A stretch of DNA of 64,000 bases. Origin: Candidatus Eiseniibacteriota bacterium. GTDB taxonomy: Bacteria > Eisenbacteria > RBG-16-71-46 > CAIMUX01 > VGJL01. The translations under genes and the position numbers were made by a program. The notes beneath the pieces are model-generated. The model saw nothing but the letters and a program-made list of their open reading frames with translations. It was not told the origin of the DNA and searched no databases. Location: the NCBI GenBank assembly GCA_016867495.1, contig VGJL01000001.1, forward strand, positions 7,421 to 71,420, in the 5' to 3' direction. Positions 34,929-44,517 of the stretch are shown piece after piece (the first letter of the stretch is position 1; every line of letters begins with the position of its first letter).

Positions 34929-37064
34929 CTATACGAAGAGCGCCGCCAGAACCAGAGTGACAGTGGACAGGAGCTTGATCACGACGTGAAGGGACGGGCC
35001 GGCCGTGTCCTTGAGCGGGTCGCCAACCGTGTCGCCGACGACCGCCGCCCGGTGGGCCTCCGACTTCTTCCCGTGGACATGGCCGGCATCGTCGGCGAGA
35101 TGCCCCGCCTCGATCATCTTCTTGGCGTTGTCCCAGGCGCCTCCGCCGTTGTTGAACACCGTCGCGAGGACGATCCCGGCCATGGTTCCGCACATCAACA
35201 GGGCGGCCACAGCCTCAGCGCGGAGGACAAGCCCCACAATGACAGGGCTGGCCACCGCGACGATCCCCGGCAGGACCATCGCCTTGAGAGAGCCCCGAGC
35301 CGTGATGTCGACGCACTTGCCGTACTCGGCCTTGCCGGTTCCTTCGAGCAACCCGGGGATCTCGCGAAACTGCCTCCGTACCTCCTCGATCACCTTCTCC
35401 GCGACCTTGCTTACCGCCCGGATCGCCAGGGCGCTGAAGAAGAAGATCAGCATGATCCCCACGAGCGCCCCGGAGAAGACCTCCACTTTGCCGAGGTCGA
35501 CGTGTGCGAGCTGCGGCAACCCGGCCTCCTTCTGCACCAGTCTGACCTTGTCGATGTAGGCGCTGAAGAGCAGGAAGGCGGCGAGGGCCGCCGAACCGAT
35601 CGCGTACCCTTTCGTGAGAGCCTTGGTCGTGTTCCCCGCAGCGTCGAGAGCGTCGGTTCCCCGCCGGACATCCGGCGAGGCGTTCGACATCTCGGCGATG
35701 CCCCCCGCGTTGTCCACGATCGGGCCGAAGGTGTCCATCGCCAGAATGTAGGCGCAGGTCATCAGCATCCCCATCGTCGCAACGGCCGTGCCGAAGATTC
35801 CCGCCGTCGACTGCGCGACCCCGAGGGCGTCGGCAGCCTCGCGACCGCAGGCGTACGAGCCCATGATGGCGGCGACGATCACGAGAACCGGCATCGCCGT
35901 ATTCTCCAGCCCTACGGCGAGGCCCGTGATGATGTTAGGGCCGACCCCTCGCAGCGACGCCTGCCCGATGCTCCGGACCGGACGCCAGCGCCCTTCGGTG
36001 TAGTACATCGTGATGAGAACGAACGCCACGCTCGTCGCAAGGCCGATCAGGCCGGCCAGGAAGAACCAGTTGCTTCCAAGCAGCTCGCGTACGATCCAGT
36101 AGAGCCCCGCGATGGAGAGAACGACGGAGATCATGTAGCCGCGGAAGAGGGGCGTCATCGGCGCCTCCTTGCCACGGTGCTCGGTCAGGAGGATGCCGAC
36201 CGCGCTGGCGATCAACCCGGCGGCGCGCACCACGAGGGGGAAGAAGATCCATTCGGGACGGCCGGTCACGACCGCAAGGCCCACTCCCAGGATCATGGCG
36301 CCGATGTTCTCAGCCACCGTCGATTCGAACAGGTCGGCGCCTCGGCCTGCGCAATCGCCCACGTTATCGCCGACCAGGTCGGCGACAACCCCTGCGTTGC
36401 GCGGGTCGTCCTCCGGGATCCCCGCCTCGACCTTCCCTACCAGATCGGCTCCCACATCGGCCGCCTTGGTGTAGATTCCCCCTCCAAGCTGCGCGAAGAG
36501 CGCCACGAAGCTCGCGCCGAACCCCATCCCGACAACCAGGAAGGGAGCGTGCGCGTATCCTTGGGGATTCATGCCGCCGTAGGCCAGCACCATGAGGTAG
36601 ACAGACATCAGCGATAGGCCGACGACCAGAAGGCCGCTGACCGCCCCGCCCCTCAGGGCGACCTTCAAGGCGGGTCCGAGTCCGCCCCTGGCGGCGTTCG
36701 CGACACGGCTGTTGCTCTTGACCGCTACCCACATCCCGATCACGCCGCTGATCATGCTCGCCGCGGCCCCCACGAGAAAAGCGAGCCCCGTGCGCCACCC
36801 AAGATCCCAGCCGACGACTCCCGTCTCCGACGTCTTCTCGAAGAAGGTCACGAGAAGCGTCACGGTGATCGCCGCCAGGATGGTGAGCGCCACGATCGTG
36901 CTGTACTGCCTGGTCAGGAACGCGGTGGCTCCCTCCTGGATCGACCGGGCGACCGCGCGCATCTCCGGGGGGCCCTCGTCGAGCCTGAGGACGCGCCAGA
37001 TCAGGTAGGCCGCCAGGACCAGACTGCAGAGGCCCGAGACCGGGACCAACCACACCAAGCTCAT
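34929..37064 (-). CDS. hppA: membrane-bound proton/sodium-translocating pyrophosphatase
   Basis: The protein is 711 aa with about 16 TM helices. Conserved H+-PPase motifs are present: GGIYTKAADVGADLVGKVE, DNVGDCAGRGADLFES and GDTVGDPLKDTAGPSL. Confidence 0.9.
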   Translation of the reverse strand: MSLVWLVPVSGLCSLVLAAYLIWRVLRLDEGPPEMRAVARSIQEGATAFLTRQYSTIVALTILAAITVTLLVTFFEKTSETGVVGWDLGWRTGLAFLVGAAASMISGVIGMWVAVKSNSRVANAARGGLGPALKVALRGGAVSGLLVVGLSLMSVYLMVLAYGGMNPQGYAHAPFLVVGMGFGASFVALFAQLGGGIYTKAADVGADLVGKVEAGIPEDDPRNAGVVADLVGDNVGDCAGRGADLFESTVAENIGAMILGVGLAVVTGRPEWIFFPLVVRAAGLIASAVGILLTEHRGKEAPMTPLFRGYMISVVLSIAGLYWIVRELLGSNWFFLAGLIGLATSVAFVLITMYYTEGRWRPVRSIGQASLRGVGPNIITGLAVGLENTAMPVLVIVAAIMGSYACGREAADALGVAQSTAGIFGTAVATMGMLMTCAYILAMDTFGPIVDNAGGIAEMSNASPDVRRGTDALDAAGNTTKALTKGYAIGSAALAAFLLFSAYIDKVRLVQKEAGLPQLAHVDLGKVEVFSGALVGIMLIFFFSALAIRAVSKVAEKVIEEVRRQFREIPGLLEGTGKAEYGKCVDITARGSLKAMVLPGIVAVASPVIVGLVLRAEAVAALLMCGTMAGIVLATVFNNGGGAWDNAKKMIEAGHLADDAGHVHGKKSEAHRAAVVGDTVGDPLKDTAGPSLHVVIKLLSTVTLVLAALFV

Positions 37065-37151
37065 GCAGGTATCCCCCTATCACGTGAACCGCTCTCCCAT
37101 CCCTGGAAGAGCGGCGTTGTCTGCCAGTGTCGAGAAGGCACGCTAGCGCGC

Positions 37152-37919
37152 CTAGTTCAGCGAGAAGCGCATCGGGATCTGGACCCAGACGGCGACCGGC
37201 TTGTGCTGCTGGAGGGCGGGCTTGAAGACCGCCTTCCTCGCCGCGGCAACGGCAGCATCATTGAGCATGGGGACGCCATCGGTCACGAAGGCGTCCGCCA
37301 CCTTGCCGTCCTTTCCCACGAGCGCTCGCACCATCACGGTTCCTTCGACCTCGGCCTGGCGCGCCATATCCGGATAGATGGGAGGAGGGATCTGGATCAG
37401 CACGGGCATCTCTTCGACCGCCACGAACTCGTCAGGTGAGGGGTTGTCGCTGGTCACCGCGTCCGGGATCACAACCAAGGAGTCGCCCCCCGCGCCGTCG
37501 AGGGAGGAGAGGGTCGTGGGCACGAATGCCTCCGCTAGCTGCTCCTGCGTGGCAATCGTGGAGGTGGTCGCCTGGAAGTCCGGCACAGGCTCCGGAACGC
37601 CCAGAGAGGGCGGCGCGATCTGCTGGGCGATGGCCACCTGAGCGCTCGCCGCCGTCTCCTGCGCGAGGGACGGGGGAACACCGAGCTCCCTGTAGCTCAC
37701 GATCTGAACCTCACGGGGACGCTCGACTTCCTTCTCCATGCTCCGCGCGACCAGCCAGGCGCCGAAAATGAGCAGATGAACTGCGGAAGCGACGCCGATC
37801 GACCAGTAGAGGAAGCGCTGGTAGCGCCGCCGCAGCGGATGCATCTCCCCTACGACGGGGAGGCGCTCGGCGAAAGAGAAGTCGAGCGGGCTGGCCGCAC
37901 TCTTTTGGGTTGTCATCAC
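37152..37919 (-). CDS. tonB: TonB-family energy transducer
   Basis: An N-terminal TM anchor is followed by a Pro/Ala-rich linker. The C-terminal TonB domain reads PIYPDMARQAEVEGTVMVRALVGKDGKV...FKPA. An ATGA overlap links it to exbD. Confidence 0.75.
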   Translation of the reverse strand: MMTTQKSAASPLDFSFAERLPVVGEMHPLRRRYQRFLYWSIGVASAVHLLIFGAWLVARSMEKEVERPREVQIVSYRELGVPPSLAQETAASAQVAIAQQIAPPSLGVPEPVPDFQATTSTIATQEQLAEAFVPTTLSSLDGAGGDSLVVIPDAVTSDNPSPDEFVAVEEMPVLIQIPPPIYPDMARQAEVEGTVMVRALVGKDGKVADAFVTDGVPMLNDAAVAAARKAVFKPALQQHKPVAVWVQIPMRFSLN

Positions 37920-38404
37920 AGGGCCTCCAGCTGCCGGGCTTCCTCTTCCGTCATGGGTATGAGGCTGAAGCGGGACATCTCGGCGATCTCCAGCTCATCC
38001 ATGATGTCGACCATCGTCTCGTACTTGGCCAGGCGATCGAGCTTCACGAGGACGATCAGCTCAGGATTCAGGCGCACATTGTCGGTGAAGAGCTGACCCA
38101 GGTCCGGCAGCCTGGTCGAGATCATTGGGCCGGTCGCGAGCTTGTAGAAGTAGCGGAGGTCTTTCCCCACGAAGAGGGTCAGAACGTTCGACTCCGGAAC
38201 TTCCACCTTCGCCCCGGCGGGGGGCAGGTTCACCTCCATGGCCTGCGGCTTGCGAAAGACGGTCGTCACCATGAAGAAGATCAAGAGCAGGAACGCGATG
38301 TCGACCATGGGCGTCATGTCGATCCGAATGGCGACACGGCGCTTGGGCCGCCGCAGCCCGCTCTGCTTCGCGCCTCTACTGCTTTCGGCAACGTCGCCGC
38401 CCAC
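37916..38404 (-). CDS. exbD: ExbD/TolR biopolymer transport protein (copy 2)
   Basis: The conserved motif (I/V)RIDMTPMVDIAFLLLIFFMVTT and the 162-aa size support the call. Confidence 0.85.
   Translation of the reverse strand: MGGDVAESSRGAKQSGLRRPKRRVAIRIDMTPMVDIAFLLLIFFMVTTVFRKPQAMEVNLPPAGAKVEVPESNVLTLFVGKDLRYFYKLATGPMISTRLPDLGQLFTDNVRLNPELIVLVKLDRLAKYETMVDIMDELEIAEMSRFSLIPMTEEEARQLEAL
38269..38323. repeat. 55-bp exact direct repeat (copy A) within tandem exbD paralogs; copy B at 38755..38809
   Basis: The sequence CCATGAAGAAGATCAAGAGCAGGAACGCGATGTCGACCATGGGCGTCATGTCGAT occurs identically at both positions. It encodes the TM region of both ExbD copies. Confidence 0.85.
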
Positions 38405-38407
38405 GGC

Positions 38408-38860
38408 CTATTTCCCCCTCTCTTCTGGCGTCCTCAGATCTGTCATCAGATTGAACCGATAGGAATTCGTATTCTGCAAAGCGTCCATGATGTCAGCCAC
38501 GTACCCGTACTCCGATTGCTTGTCCCCCTTGACGATGATGCGCGCTCCGGGACGCCGGCTCCGCATGGTGACGATCGCCTGCTGCAGCTCCTCGCGAGGA
38601 ACCGCGGCCGCGGCCCCCGACTCATCGCCGATGAAGATCCTTCCCGCCTTGTTGACCGTGATCACGATGATCCCGGTCTCGGGCGTCTTCAGATTCGACG
38701 TGGAGGCCGGCAGATCGACAGCAACTTCCTCCGGCGGCTTGAACTGCGTCGTCGCCATGAAGAAGATCAAGAGCAGGAACGCGATGTCGACCATGGGCGT
38801 CATGTCGATGCGGATCGAGACCCTTTTCTTAGGGCTTGCCACGAGTCTGCCCCTTGTCAT
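38408..38860 (-). CDS. exbD: ExbD/TolR biopolymer transport protein (copy 1)
   Basis: The conserved motif RIDMTPMVDIAFLLLIFFMATT and the 150-aa size support the call. Confidence 0.85.
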   Translation of the reverse strand: MTRGRLVASPKKRVSIRIDMTPMVDIAFLLLIFFMATTQFKPPEEVAVDLPASTSNLKTPETGIIVITVNKAGRIFIGDESGAAAAVPREELQQAIVTMRSRRPGARIIVKGDKQSEYGYVADIMDALQNTNSYRFNLMTDLRTPEERGK

Positions 38861-39563
38861 GCATCAAGAGCTGAACGACCTCGTACGTCGTCTCATCCAT
38901 CAGGTAGTTGAAAGAGTCGACCCGATTCGTGAAGTAGTTGTAGCCAACGATCCCGACAATCGCCAGACCGAGACCGCCGGCAGTGTTGATGAGCGCTTCG
39001 GAAATCCCGATGGCAAGCTGGATGGCGTCCGGCGCCCCCGCGTGCCCCATGGCCTTGAAGGAGCGAATCATGCCAACCGTCGTGCCGAGCAACCCGATCA
39101 TCGTCGCAATCGAGGCGATGGTGGAAAGGGCGATCAGGTTCCGTTCGAGAAGCGGGGTCTCGAGCGCGTTCGCTTCCTCGATCGCTCGCTTCGTCTCCTC
39201 GATGATCTCGTCCTTCGGGAGGTCGGACCCCTGGAGCATGTCGTAGCGTTCCAGCCCGGCGCCCACGACATTCGCCAGGCAGCCTCCCTGCTTCTTGCAG
39301 ACGGTGATCGCATCGGGGATGGCTCGCCCATCGAGGCTCTTGCGGAGCGCGCGGGTGAAGTGAGCTACGTCTCCGCGACCCTGCGCCCGCTTCAGCGTGA
39401 TCATCCTCTCGATGATGAATGTAACACAGATGATTGAGATGGTCATCAGAAGCGGAACGATCGGACCTCCAAGCTTGATGAATTCGGGAAGCATGTACTG
39501 GTAGATCGCCCAGGAGACCAGCGCAGCCCCCACAAGGATCGGGACGAACACATAACCTTTCAT
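38829..39563 (-). CDS. exbB: MotA/TolQ/ExbB proton-channel protein
   Basis: Three TM helices and conserved ExbB C-terminal TM2/TM3 motifs (TVGMIRSFKAMG, LGLAIVGIVGYNYF) are present. GGAGG lies 7 nt upstream of the ATG at 39563. The six-frame ORF is 5'-extended. Confidence 0.85.
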   Translation of the reverse strand: MKGYVFVPILVGAALVSWAIYQYMLPEFIKLGGPIVPLLMTISIICVTFIIERMITLKRAQGRGDVAHFTRALRKSLDGRAIPDAITVCKKQGGCLANVVGAGLERYDMLQGSDLPKDEIIEETKRAIEEANALETPLLERNLIALSTIASIATMIGLLGTTVGMIRSFKAMGHAGAPDAIQLAIGISEALINTAGGLGLAIVGIVGYNYFTNRVDSFNYLMDETTYEVVQLLMHDKGQTRGKP

Positions 39564-39585
39564 TTCAGTCCTCCGTTGACACTCC

Positions 39586-39939
39586 CTACGACTGATCGCT
39601 CCGGTTGACCCCCGCGAGCGCTTCCTCCACACTGTCGAACGTCTCGAATACGAAGTTGAGCTTCGTGATCAGGAACAGATTCTTGATCCGCTTGCCGATG
39701 CGCGAAAGCCGCAGATACCCCTGGCGATTGCGGCAGCTCGTGTGCAGGGCTACCAGGGTTCCCAGGCCAGCGCTATTGATGTAGGACACGCGCCCGAGAT
39801 CCACGACCACCTTGGGCACGCCCTCGGCGATCACGCCCTGGATCGCGCGCTCCAGCTCACGCGTCTCTTCGCCGCCGCTCAAATCCTTGTGCGGCGCAAG
39901 CACATTGACATCGCCCCTCTTGTCCTTCTCTAAGCTCAT
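39586..39939 (-). CDS. STAS-domain protein (anti-sigma-factor-antagonist-like)
   Basis: The protein is 117 aa. A SpoIIAA-like pattern is present: DLGRVSYINSAGLGTLVAL...GKRIKNLFLITKLNFVFETFDSVEEAL. Confidence 0.65.
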   Translation of the reverse strand: MSLEKDKRGDVNVLAPHKDLSGGEETRELERAIQGVIAEGVPKVVVDLGRVSYINSAGLGTLVALHTSCRNRQGYLRLSRIGKRIKNLFLITKLNFVFETFDSVEEALAGVNRSDQS

Positions 39940-39973
39940 CGGTTCCCCCTACGGTCACACACACATCGCCCCA

Positions 39974-41815
39974 CTACTTTCCGGCCGATCCCTTCTTGGC
40001 CCCCTGCAGGGCGTCCAGGGCCGCCTTGGCCGACACGTGGGCCGGATTGATCGCCAACGCCTTCTGCAACGCCGCCACGGCTTGGTCGGTCGACCCTTGC
40101 AGTGCCCGAGCCTGTCCCAGCATCGCCCAGCCGTCGGCGCTGTTGGGATCGACGGTGGTGGCCTCATCCAGCACGGAGGCGGCCTGACCGTAATCCCGCC
40201 GCTTAATGTAGCAGAAACCAAGTCCCCGAAGGGCCATGGCGTTTTGCGGGTCCCTTTCCCGGATCGCCTTGTACTCGAGCACCGCCGCGCCCAGGGAGTC
40301 GGCCCCCACTAGGGCGTTGGCCAGGTAGTTGCGCGCGGGGACATAGTCCGGAGCCAGCGCGACCGCCGCCCGGAGGGTCCGGATCGCATCGGCGCTCCTC
40401 TTGGCCTGCATGTAGGCGATGCCGAGGTTCACCTGAGCTCCCGCGTTACCCGGCGCGAGACCCACCGACTTCTCGAAGAGCGCGATGGCCGAGTCCGGCT
40501 TCCCCTGCGTCAGATTGAGCAGCCCCAGCGCGAAGAAGGCGTCGGCCTGCGTCGAGTCCATCTCGAGGGCGCGCAGGAGGCTGCCCCTGGCGGCTTCGAA
40601 CTCCTTGGCGTCCAGCCGGATCTGACCCATCCGAACATGATCCGCTGCCTCGAACTTTGTCGAGTCCGTGACGGATCCGTAGAGGCGGCCGGCGCGTTTC
40701 CTGTCCTGGTTGATGAACTCGCTGCGGGCGAGCTGGACGCGGATGTCCGCATTGAGGCTGTCGATCACGAAGGCCTGCCGGGCCGCGTCGAGCGCCTGTC
40801 GGTTTCGCTTCGTCTTCAAGCACGCCTCCGACAGCCCGAGGAACCCCTCCCAGTCGTCTGGCCTCAATCCCGTGAAGGCCAGATAGGCGGTGGCCGCCTC
40901 CTCATTCCGGTTGGCAAGCGCATAGAGGCCGCCCATGTCCTTGACGGCGGGGGCATAGGTCGAGTCCATCCGGACGGCCTGCCTGTACTGCTCCAGGGCG
41001 TCGTTGTAGCGCTGCTCCCGTTGATAGAGGACTCCCAGCCGGTGGTGGACCGGCGCCGTCACCGTAAGTCCAGGCGTGGCGAGCGCCTTCTCGTAGGCGT
41101 CGATCGCCAGTGTCGGCGCCCCCCGCTTGGTGTAGATCTCCGCAACGAGCGTCCCGTAGTCGGGATCGTTCGGGTTGATGGCGAGGGCCGCCAGGGCGTT
41201 CTTCTCCGCTCCCGGCAGATCGCCCTGCGCGTACTGGACGAGCGCCATGCCGTGGCGATAGAGATCCTCTCTCTCCTTCAATCCCCTCTTCCTGGCACCG
41301 TCCTCGAGGAACTTGGCGGCCTCGTCATACTTCCCGTCCTCGATGGCGATGCGGGCCATTCCATACTGAGCCTCCCAGAGCCCCTTCTTCTCGACGAGCG
41401 CCTGCTCGAACTCCTGCTTGGCTTCGGCGAAGCGCTGCAGCCGGATCAAGACGAAGCCGAGTCCCGCATGGGCTTCCGGGAACTCCGGATTGCCGGTCTC
41501 TTGGTTTTTCTCTGTTATCGCCTGCCGGTAGAGGGGCTCGGCCTCCACGAAGGCAGCCTGAAGGTGAAGGATGTCGGCCAGGCCGAGGTGGGCACGGTGG
41601 ATCTGATGCTCGTTGGCGATGGCCTCGTTGAAGTGAGCCTTCGCATCGTCGAGCCTCCCCTCCTCCACCGCCTTGACACCCAGGCGGACCGGATCGTCCT
41701 CATACCGATACCCCTTCTTCCCGGCATGGGCAGCGAGGGCCAGGGCCCCCATGAGGAGGAGGGTCATCGCGAGCGCGAGCCACGAGGGCGCGCCGCCGCG
41801 CCTATTGAGTTCCAT
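39974..41815 (-). CDS. TPR-repeat protein, secreted
   Basis: A signal peptide follows the ATG at 41815 (MELNRRGGAPSWLALAMTLLLMGALALAAHA). TPR motifs run throughout. The six-frame ORF is 5'-extended to 42175. Confidence 0.7.
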   Translation of the reverse strand: MELNRRGGAPSWLALAMTLLLMGALALAAHAGKKGYRYEDDPVRLGVKAVEEGRLDDAKAHFNEAIANEHQIHRAHLGLADILHLQAAFVEAEPLYRQAITEKNQETGNPEFPEAHAGLGFVLIRLQRFAEAKQEFEQALVEKKGLWEAQYGMARIAIEDGKYDEAAKFLEDGARKRGLKEREDLYRHGMALVQYAQGDLPGAEKNALAALAINPNDPDYGTLVAEIYTKRGAPTLAIDAYEKALATPGLTVTAPVHHRLGVLYQREQRYNDALEQYRQAVRMDSTYAPAVKDMGGLYALANRNEEAATAYLAFTGLRPDDWEGFLGLSEACLKTKRNRQALDAARQAFVIDSLNADIRVQLARSEFINQDRKRAGRLYGSVTDSTKFEAADHVRMGQIRLDAKEFEAARGSLLRALEMDSTQADAFFALGLLNLTQGKPDSAIALFEKSVGLAPGNAGAQVNLGIAYMQAKRSADAIRTLRAAVALAPDYVPARNYLANALVGADSLGAAVLEYKAIRERDPQNAMALRGLGFCYIKRRDYGQAASVLDEATTVDPNSADGWAMLGQARALQGSTDQAVAALQKALAINPAHVSAKAALDALQGAKKGSAGK

Positions 41816-41856
41816 TCCCGGCATGCAGACTCCCTTTCTTCCTGTCTTCCATCTCC

Positions 41857-42876
41857 TCAACCGATCTTCCCGACCGGTCGGCTCGTCAGTTGTATCTCTC
41901 GCGGCATGTCCCTCGCCGGCAAGAACCCCTCCCGCGCAACAAGTCTCTGTCCCCTCCCGCTGAAGAGGAAGGAGACGAAGCCGGAAACCGCCGCGCCGCA
42001 GTCCGGTCGACAGGCAATGTAGAGGTAATGAAACAACGGGTAGTCGCCGGCCGCAAGCGCCATGTCGCTCGGCATCGCGCCGGGACGGGCTTCGCCCGCG
42101 AGGCGGACGGCCTTGAGCCCTCGAGGCCTGCTCTCCGAGGAGACGGCCAGCGTGCTTGCGATGCCCATGGCGCACGCATCCCGCCCAACCGCGGCGGCAA
42201 CCGAGGCATCATCCTCGCACCAGAAGACGCTCGCTCCAGCGGTGTCAGGCAAACCGATCTGCCCGACGAGCGCGGTCCACAGCCCGAGATTGGGGTCTGG
42301 CGCGTAGATATGCGGCCGCCCGTCCGCGTAGGCGCAAAACGCGGCGGACACGAACCGTTCAGGCAGGGTCCCGCCGGCGAGGAGCGCGCGCAGCTCGTCA
42401 ACATGCAAGGAGTCGATGGTCGCAGACTCCGGAACGAGGATCGCGATCCCGCCGAGGGCGATCGGGAAGCTCCATGTCGTGTCGACGACCGAGCGCACCA
42501 CGGCCTCCTCGTCGTCGGTCGGAAGCCGCCCGAGGAATGCGACATCGGCCCGCAGGTTCAGCAGATCCTCGAGCGCATGCCTTGTGCCCCCTCGATTGAG
42601 CCGGAAGGCGACCTCCGGATATAGCCGCCGGTACTCCTCGGCGAGCCGTGGGATGAGCGAGGGCGCCAGATCGAGCCCGGTGAGCGTGAGGATCTTCTCG
42701 GTCTTCTCCGCCCGCGGCAAGACGCGGGTCTCCGGCCAGAGGCCCGGAATGGCGCGCGCCAGCACCAGGACAACCAGGACGGCGACATAGAGCATCCACC
42801 GCCTGCGCAGAAGATTCCCGGGGAATCCGCCGTCATCTCCGGCCGCCGGCCGCGCGGCCATGGGCTGCCTGGGCAT
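41857..42876 (-). CDS. PstS-like periplasmic substrate-binding protein (PBP superfamily)
   Basis: An N-terminal TM/signal segment is present. A PstS-type fold pattern is seen (ILTLTGLDLAPSLIPRLAEEYRRLYPEVAF, GGTRHALEDLLNLRADVAF). Confidence 0.55.
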   Translation of the reverse strand: MPRQPMAARPAAGDDGGFPGNLLRRRWMLYVAVLVVLVLARAIPGLWPETRVLPRAEKTEKILTLTGLDLAPSLIPRLAEEYRRLYPEVAFRLNRGGTRHALEDLLNLRADVAFLGRLPTDDEEAVVRSVVDTTWSFPIALGGIAILVPESATIDSLHVDELRALLAGGTLPERFVSAAFCAYADGRPHIYAPDPNLGLWTALVGQIGLPDTAGASVFWCEDDASVAAAVGRDACAMGIASTLAVSSESRPRGLKAVRLAGEARPGAMPSDMALAAGDYPLFHYLYIACRPDCGAAVSGFVSFLFSGRGQRLVAREGFLPARDMPREIQLTSRPVGKIG

Positions 42877-42895
42877 GTCGCTTCCCTTCCCGAGG

Positions 42896-43879
42896 CTAGC
42901 GCCTGCCTATCGTGACCCCGAGGAAAGGCAGCACGTCGCCATGCGCTGCCCTCGCACCGACGCCGATGTGCAGCCGCTGCGTATAGAAGGGCGAGACGCG
43001 CAACCCGGCGGCCGCGTAGGCGCCCGGGTCATCCTCGCCCCCGCTCTCGGTGAGCACGGAATAGCCGGCCCCGAGGTCCAGTCCCAGCCGCCGATGCACA
43101 AGGGGCCGCGAGAGAAGGAGGCCAACCTCCTTGTTGGAGGACTTCTCGCGGGAGTCGAGACCCCAGCCGAGGGAGAGGCCGACATCGGTTCCCGCGGGGT
43201 TCCAGAGAACGTGCTGCAGCTCGAGGTTGGTCAAGTCCAGATCCTCCCCGACGTCACGCCGCACCGCGAAGCCTGTCCTCGCCGGGAACGTCCCCTTGGG
43301 GTCATATGCTTCCGCCCGGCGCGCCTCGTAGAGCGCCTGGGCCGTTCTCTCCCGCTCGGCGCGGGTCCGCTCCAGCTTCGCAAGCGCCTCATCGCTCTGC
43401 TCCCGAAGCGACTCGATCTCCTCTTCGCGAGTTCTCAGCTCCGTTTCATACTTAACAACCTGGGTGACGGCCTCCTGGGTCCGTTCCTTCATCGCCAGGA
43501 CGTTTTCGGAGAGCGGGAAGATCTGGGCCCCGAGGGCCTGGCTGCGGACGAGCCCTGACTCGAACTCGTCACGGAGCCGCATAAGGTCCACGTAGGACTT
43601 GACGCTGTCGGCGAGCATCCCCTGGAGGTTGACAGAGGCCGCCGCGACAACCGAGTCGGCCTGCTGCAGGAGACGGACCCCCTCCGCCTCCGCGGCGGAC
43701 CGCTCGACTTCCTTGCGCTGCGCGACAGCTTCCCCCCTGGTGCTCATGAAGATGCGACCCGCGACCGCGAACAGAAGCACGATGATCGCGAGGTCGAGGA
43801 GATGCCAGAGATGCTTCTTCCGGAGCTTGAGTTCGGGCTTGGGGAGTTCGTCGAGTGGCATGTTCCCTTCCTCCCTCAC
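42896..43879 (-). CDS. hypothetical membrane-anchored coiled-coil protein with beta-rich C-terminal domain
   Basis: An N-terminal TM (LLDLAIIVLLFAVAG) is followed by a charged coiled-coil of about 150 aa. The C-terminal region is Gly/Leu-rich. An ATGA overlap links it to the upstream gene. Confidence 0.4.
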   Translation of the reverse strand: MREEGNMPLDELPKPELKLRKKHLWHLLDLAIIVLLFAVAGRIFMSTRGEAVAQRKEVERSAAEAEGVRLLQQADSVVAAASVNLQGMLADSVKSYVDLMRLRDEFESGLVRSQALGAQIFPLSENVLAMKERTQEAVTQVVKYETELRTREEEIESLREQSDEALAKLERTRAERERTAQALYEARRAEAYDPKGTFPARTGFAVRRDVGEDLDLTNLELQHVLWNPAGTDVGLSLGWGLDSREKSSNKEVGLLLSRPLVHRRLGLDLGAGYSVLTESGGEDDPGAYAAAGLRVSPFYTQRLHIGVGARAAHGDVLPFLGVTIGRR

Positions 43880-44517
43880 CGCTTCGGCAGGTCGTCTCGA
43901 TTGGGGAAGTCCCCCGAACCGGTGACGAGCGCGCTGTTCTTCCTGTAAGCATCCGGCCGGAGAATCCGATCGGCGAGGTCCTTGTCTGTTGAGATCTCCG
44001 TCTCGAGCCGGGCAGTCTCATCGCCTCTTTCTGCGATCAAGGTCCTGAGCGAATCGACTCGGGCCTGCAAAACCGACAGCCGATCCGAAAAGACGCCCAT
44101 CTTGCCTTGCGCCTCCGAGAAGACCGCGCGGAGCGACTCGGCCTGGGCTTCGAGCATCCGGATCTCCGTCCGCTCCTGGCCCTCGAGCACCCGAAGGCTG
44201 TCAAGGAGATCGCCCATCTGAGCGAAACGCACTTGGAAGGTGTCTCCGACCGCCCGCAGCAGCGATATCCGCACTCCCATCTTGCGGGCCGCCGCGAGCG
44301 AGCTTGTGCGCGTCACTTCGATTCCCTGACGATGCTCGGCGATCTTGGCATCGATCTGCTTGGCCATGGGATCGATCTTCCTGGCCTCGAACCACCACAT
44401 CGCGATGAGCGGAACCACCAGGAACCAGCTCCGGGCGAAGATCGCCTTGAAGATCGGGTTGCCTGGCTTCTCGTCTCCCCACAGATCTTCGCTACCCCTG
44501 GAAAAGCGCGATGGCAT
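43876..44517 (-). CDS. hypothetical membrane-anchored coiled-coil protein
   Basis: A TM segment (FLVVPLIAMWWF) is followed by a long heptad-like charged helix. It is the first gene of the minus-strand operon ending in tonB. Confidence 0.4.
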   Translation of the reverse strand: MPSRFSRGSEDLWGDEKPGNPIFKAIFARSWFLVVPLIAMWWFEARKIDPMAKQIDAKIAEHRQGIEVTRTSSLAAARKMGVRISLLRAVGDTFQVRFAQMGDLLDSLRVLEGQERTEIRMLEAQAESLRAVFSEAQGKMGVFSDRLSVLQARVDSLRTLIAERGDETARLETEISTDKDLADRILRPDAYRKNSALVTGSGDFPNRDDLPKR

